Assembly: GCA_015233405.1 (NCBI GenBank)
Contig: JADFXT010000007.1
Location: 64,390-128,389, forward strand
Direction: 5' to 3'
DNA length: 64,000 bases
Source of the DNA: Candidatus Omnitrophota bacterium
GTDB lineage: Bacteria; Omnitrophota; Gorgyraeia; Zapsychrales; Zapsychraceae
A program made the position numbers and the translations under genes. This document shows, piece after piece, positions 63,101 to 64,000 of this stretch. Each line of letters begins with the position of its first letter. Position 1 is the first letter of the stretch. The notes under the pieces were generated by a model. That model was not told where the DNA came from. It saw only the letters and a list, made by a program, of their open reading frames with translations, and made no database searches.

Positions 63101-64000
63101 ATACTATTGGTATGATGGTTTATCAATATGTGATGTTTAAGCTCACGAACCTTTATCGTCCTGCGATCTTAGGACAGAATTTTTATTTTGTTTCCGGAGC
63201 CGATGAGCTCGGGCTCATGACCGCTATGGCCGCCAGTGGCGCGATGTCTATCGTAGACAGCATTAAGTTGTATCAATCTTTGCTTCGACAGCATTTTAAT
63301 AGAGATTATACGTCGTTAAGAAATGTCGCTGAACAAATCCATGTCGCGGGTAATGATATCAAAATGATAGACCCCCGGTCCGGAGCTGTTCTTAAAACAA
63401 GACGGGATTTTATTAATATGATCATCGAAGTCTGTTATGAATTAAGAGGAGCACAGCGAAAAGAGGTTGATTTAAAATTTTCAAGCTGGGTCATGTCTTT
63501 TGATCCGGCAAAGATCAATCAGGTCAAATGGAAGAAAATGAATGAAGAGTCTGGTGTCCGTATGATCCATATCTCCGGGCTTGATGACCTTTGGAAAAGA
63601 AATCATAATCCGGATCTGGATGTTTTAGAGGACATTTCTACATTAAGGCTTACGGATCAAAACAGAAAGGTTTTTAAATTCGCAGAAGGCCGAGGGACCA
63701 CAACCGCGAATGTTTATGCCTATATTAATCCCGGCGAGACTGTCGTGGGATTCGGCAAAGGCGGCAGCGAATCTTTGACGGTGTTTCTGCTCAAGAAAGG
63801 CGAGAAAACAATTACGGTCAGAAAGATCTTGAGTGAGCGGCTGATCACGGCGCAATGGGACCGAGAGGGAACAGGGGTCATGATCCCGCCGTTTAAGAAA
63901 GCCAAACAACAGGCTTATTATTTGCTGGGCCTTCCGGAAGAAGTCAAAGATCTTTTCCCAAGAGTTTATGATATTGAAGAACGGGACATCCCGACTCCTG
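60163..64000 (+). CDS. Giant multidomain protein (3' end outside the window): signal/anchor, paralog of the 19693 N-domain, FabD-like acyltransferase domain, degenerate second acyltransferase-like domain, start of a kinase-like domain
   Basis: The frame is open from the ATG at 60163 (RBS GGGGGA) to the window end, so it is absent from the ORF track. 'VNLSPYEKDRIIPKEFG..DLLAQDYLLKQLTAS'. 'FFPGIGSGSAY' and 'YTGESFGILTAAIAS' (GxSxG). 'VSGADELGLMTAMAASG'. 'VVGFGKGGSESLTVF...VRK'. Confidence 0.7.
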   Translation, partial: MSFFGYKRQKSYLFKAVVSLLILTFNISLLTPFKAYAQESLNLPTPGAMVLPSSVFTPILLKGVRINPDNPFGFKFIVDAGDSNLQGEGLKEASTKLIKYFLASLTIPEKDLWVNLSPYEKDRIIPKEFGITEMGKDLLAQDYLLKQLTASLMYPEKDLGKKFWDEVYQKAREAYGTTDIPVDSFNKVWIVPDKAVVYQEGNSAFVAESHLKVMLEEDYEALKSSAESRASARDLAASHNVGAGFPRPDDKGRGNRAPTAIIKEIILPSIEKEVNEGKNFVPLRQIFYSLILASWYKQALKESLFGKIYVDKKKISGVDVENKEVKQQIYNQYLAAFKKGVYNYIRQDYDPASQALVAHKYFSGGVSALGLVAPIDGKPPILKIFKRDRAMAAEVKKDLSPSVSNPLDRTYEVAVNLEGTNAETPNVSKKAALPSSGTQSLIGFFPGIGSGSAYRNLGSALYDTGIPEVQNIYREAAQVLGYMKDGKPDPTKLFFADENLPADPEKKLGFISIAFLVHNLALHEYFKKRSDLAGLPVEFKAYTGESFGILTAAIASKAVSLSDGIKIASFFIKCLADASRESVAENHHVIGIVGEDLEAVIPILEAQFKDKFEVHKMYSNQQVNVYVAVSAINEFKALMETDEMRRRFPDLRFKDLKPPTKNIAHSKKMSLARERFLKFIDENNIVFNTPPVPVISNNHSNMLTTADAVKKGILAMIDEPMDSQETVRLAQSMNVDLIVELGLGGKTRPLIENNYQGDTPFMEFTGESDIKTDNISSLQLIQTLGTELGQFKKAGSSAQIGEQQYNLLRTIFEKAAQNPFLQKLLLSFIRKIIKEDMRQEKKEDAPAFYKLLEILQNSYLCHFVLNIESLAPDALAISALFKKRLLSQEDKVDIDLLLLERSGREVQLSFMDYKYPETVTFAFQTLTLSLPELANKAKQLIRLQPKAKEIYEEIRKGLGLNNLDFFTNSQQVMTLGLEPYTIGMMVYQYVMFKLTNLYRPAILGQNFYFVSGADELGLMTAMAASGAMSIVDSIKLYQSLLRQHFNRDYTSLRNVAEQIHVAGNDIKMIDPRSGAVLKTRRDFINMIIEVCYELRGAQRKEVDLKFSSWVMSFDPAKINQVKWKKMNEESGVRMIHISGLDDLWKRNHNPDLDVLEDISTLRLTDQNRKVFKFAEGRGTTTANVYAYINPGETVVGFGKGGSESLTVFLLKKGEKTITVRKILSERLITAQWDREGTGVMIPPFKKAKQQAYYLLGLPEEVKDLFPRVYDIEERDIPTP
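60883..60938. repeat. GC-rich double-hairpin palindromic element inserted in-frame in the giant ORF
   Basis: 'GTAGGGGCGGGGTTTCCCCGCCCT-gatgataa-AGGGCGCGGTAACCGCGCCCCTAC'. The termini GTAGGGGCG/CGCCCCTAC are inverted repeats. It encodes 'VGAGFPRPDDKGRGNRAPT', which is absent from the paralog. Confidence 0.6.

Overview
This is an AT-rich bacterial chromosomal segment with no rRNA, phage or plasmid backbone. The gene content suggests an uncultivated anaerobe, but the taxon cannot be assigned from sequence alone. Positions 1-11 kb hold envelope and housekeeping genes: a short secretin, an amidase, murI, a complete queD-queC-queE-queF set, rph, rdgB and a 1105-aa AsmA/TamB-like protein. Positions 11-15.5 kb hold tRNA-Pro, tRNA-Arg and tRNA-His. 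All three have partial duplications at their edges. tRNA-His is preceded by an array of acceptor-stem-like hairpins. It is followed by a small island with two BrnT/BrnA toxin-antitoxin modules and an orphan secreted protein, bounded by tRNA-3'-end-like sequences. Positions 15.5-24 kb hold a cupin protein, sugar-acid genes (aldolases, gluconolactonase) and a nitroreductase. They also hold a 1176-aa protein that fuses an unknown N-terminal domain to CoaD, CoaE and an HD domain. Positions 24-49 kb are dominated by sensor kinases and response regulators. This block also contains a divergent GlgE/GlgM-type alpha-glucan pair, a candidate ~290-nt ncRNA, CopA, an Ndh-like oxidoreductase, and a FlaI/CpaF-like ATPase coupled to a DUF2156 protein. 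Positions 49-60 kb hold a redox cluster: a desulforedoxin-like mini-ORF missing from the ORF track, ferredoxin, a Met-rich membrane protein, a Tpx-PCD fusion and ldh. They also hold PEGA and GT2 exopolysaccharide genes, aspA, hydF and a second nitroreductase. The window ends with a c-di-GMP-I riboswitch in front of a >1279-aa paralog of the 1176-aa protein, here fused to FabD-like acyltransferase domains. Three non-coding layers recur: a dispersed GTCATYCCCGC..GCGGGRATCCAG palindromic repeat family at eight intergenic loci, a 25-nt A-rich box at fixed distance upstream of five -10 elements, and GC-rich palindromes, one of them inserted in-frame in a gene. All functional calls rest on motif recognition by eye; no database search was possible.
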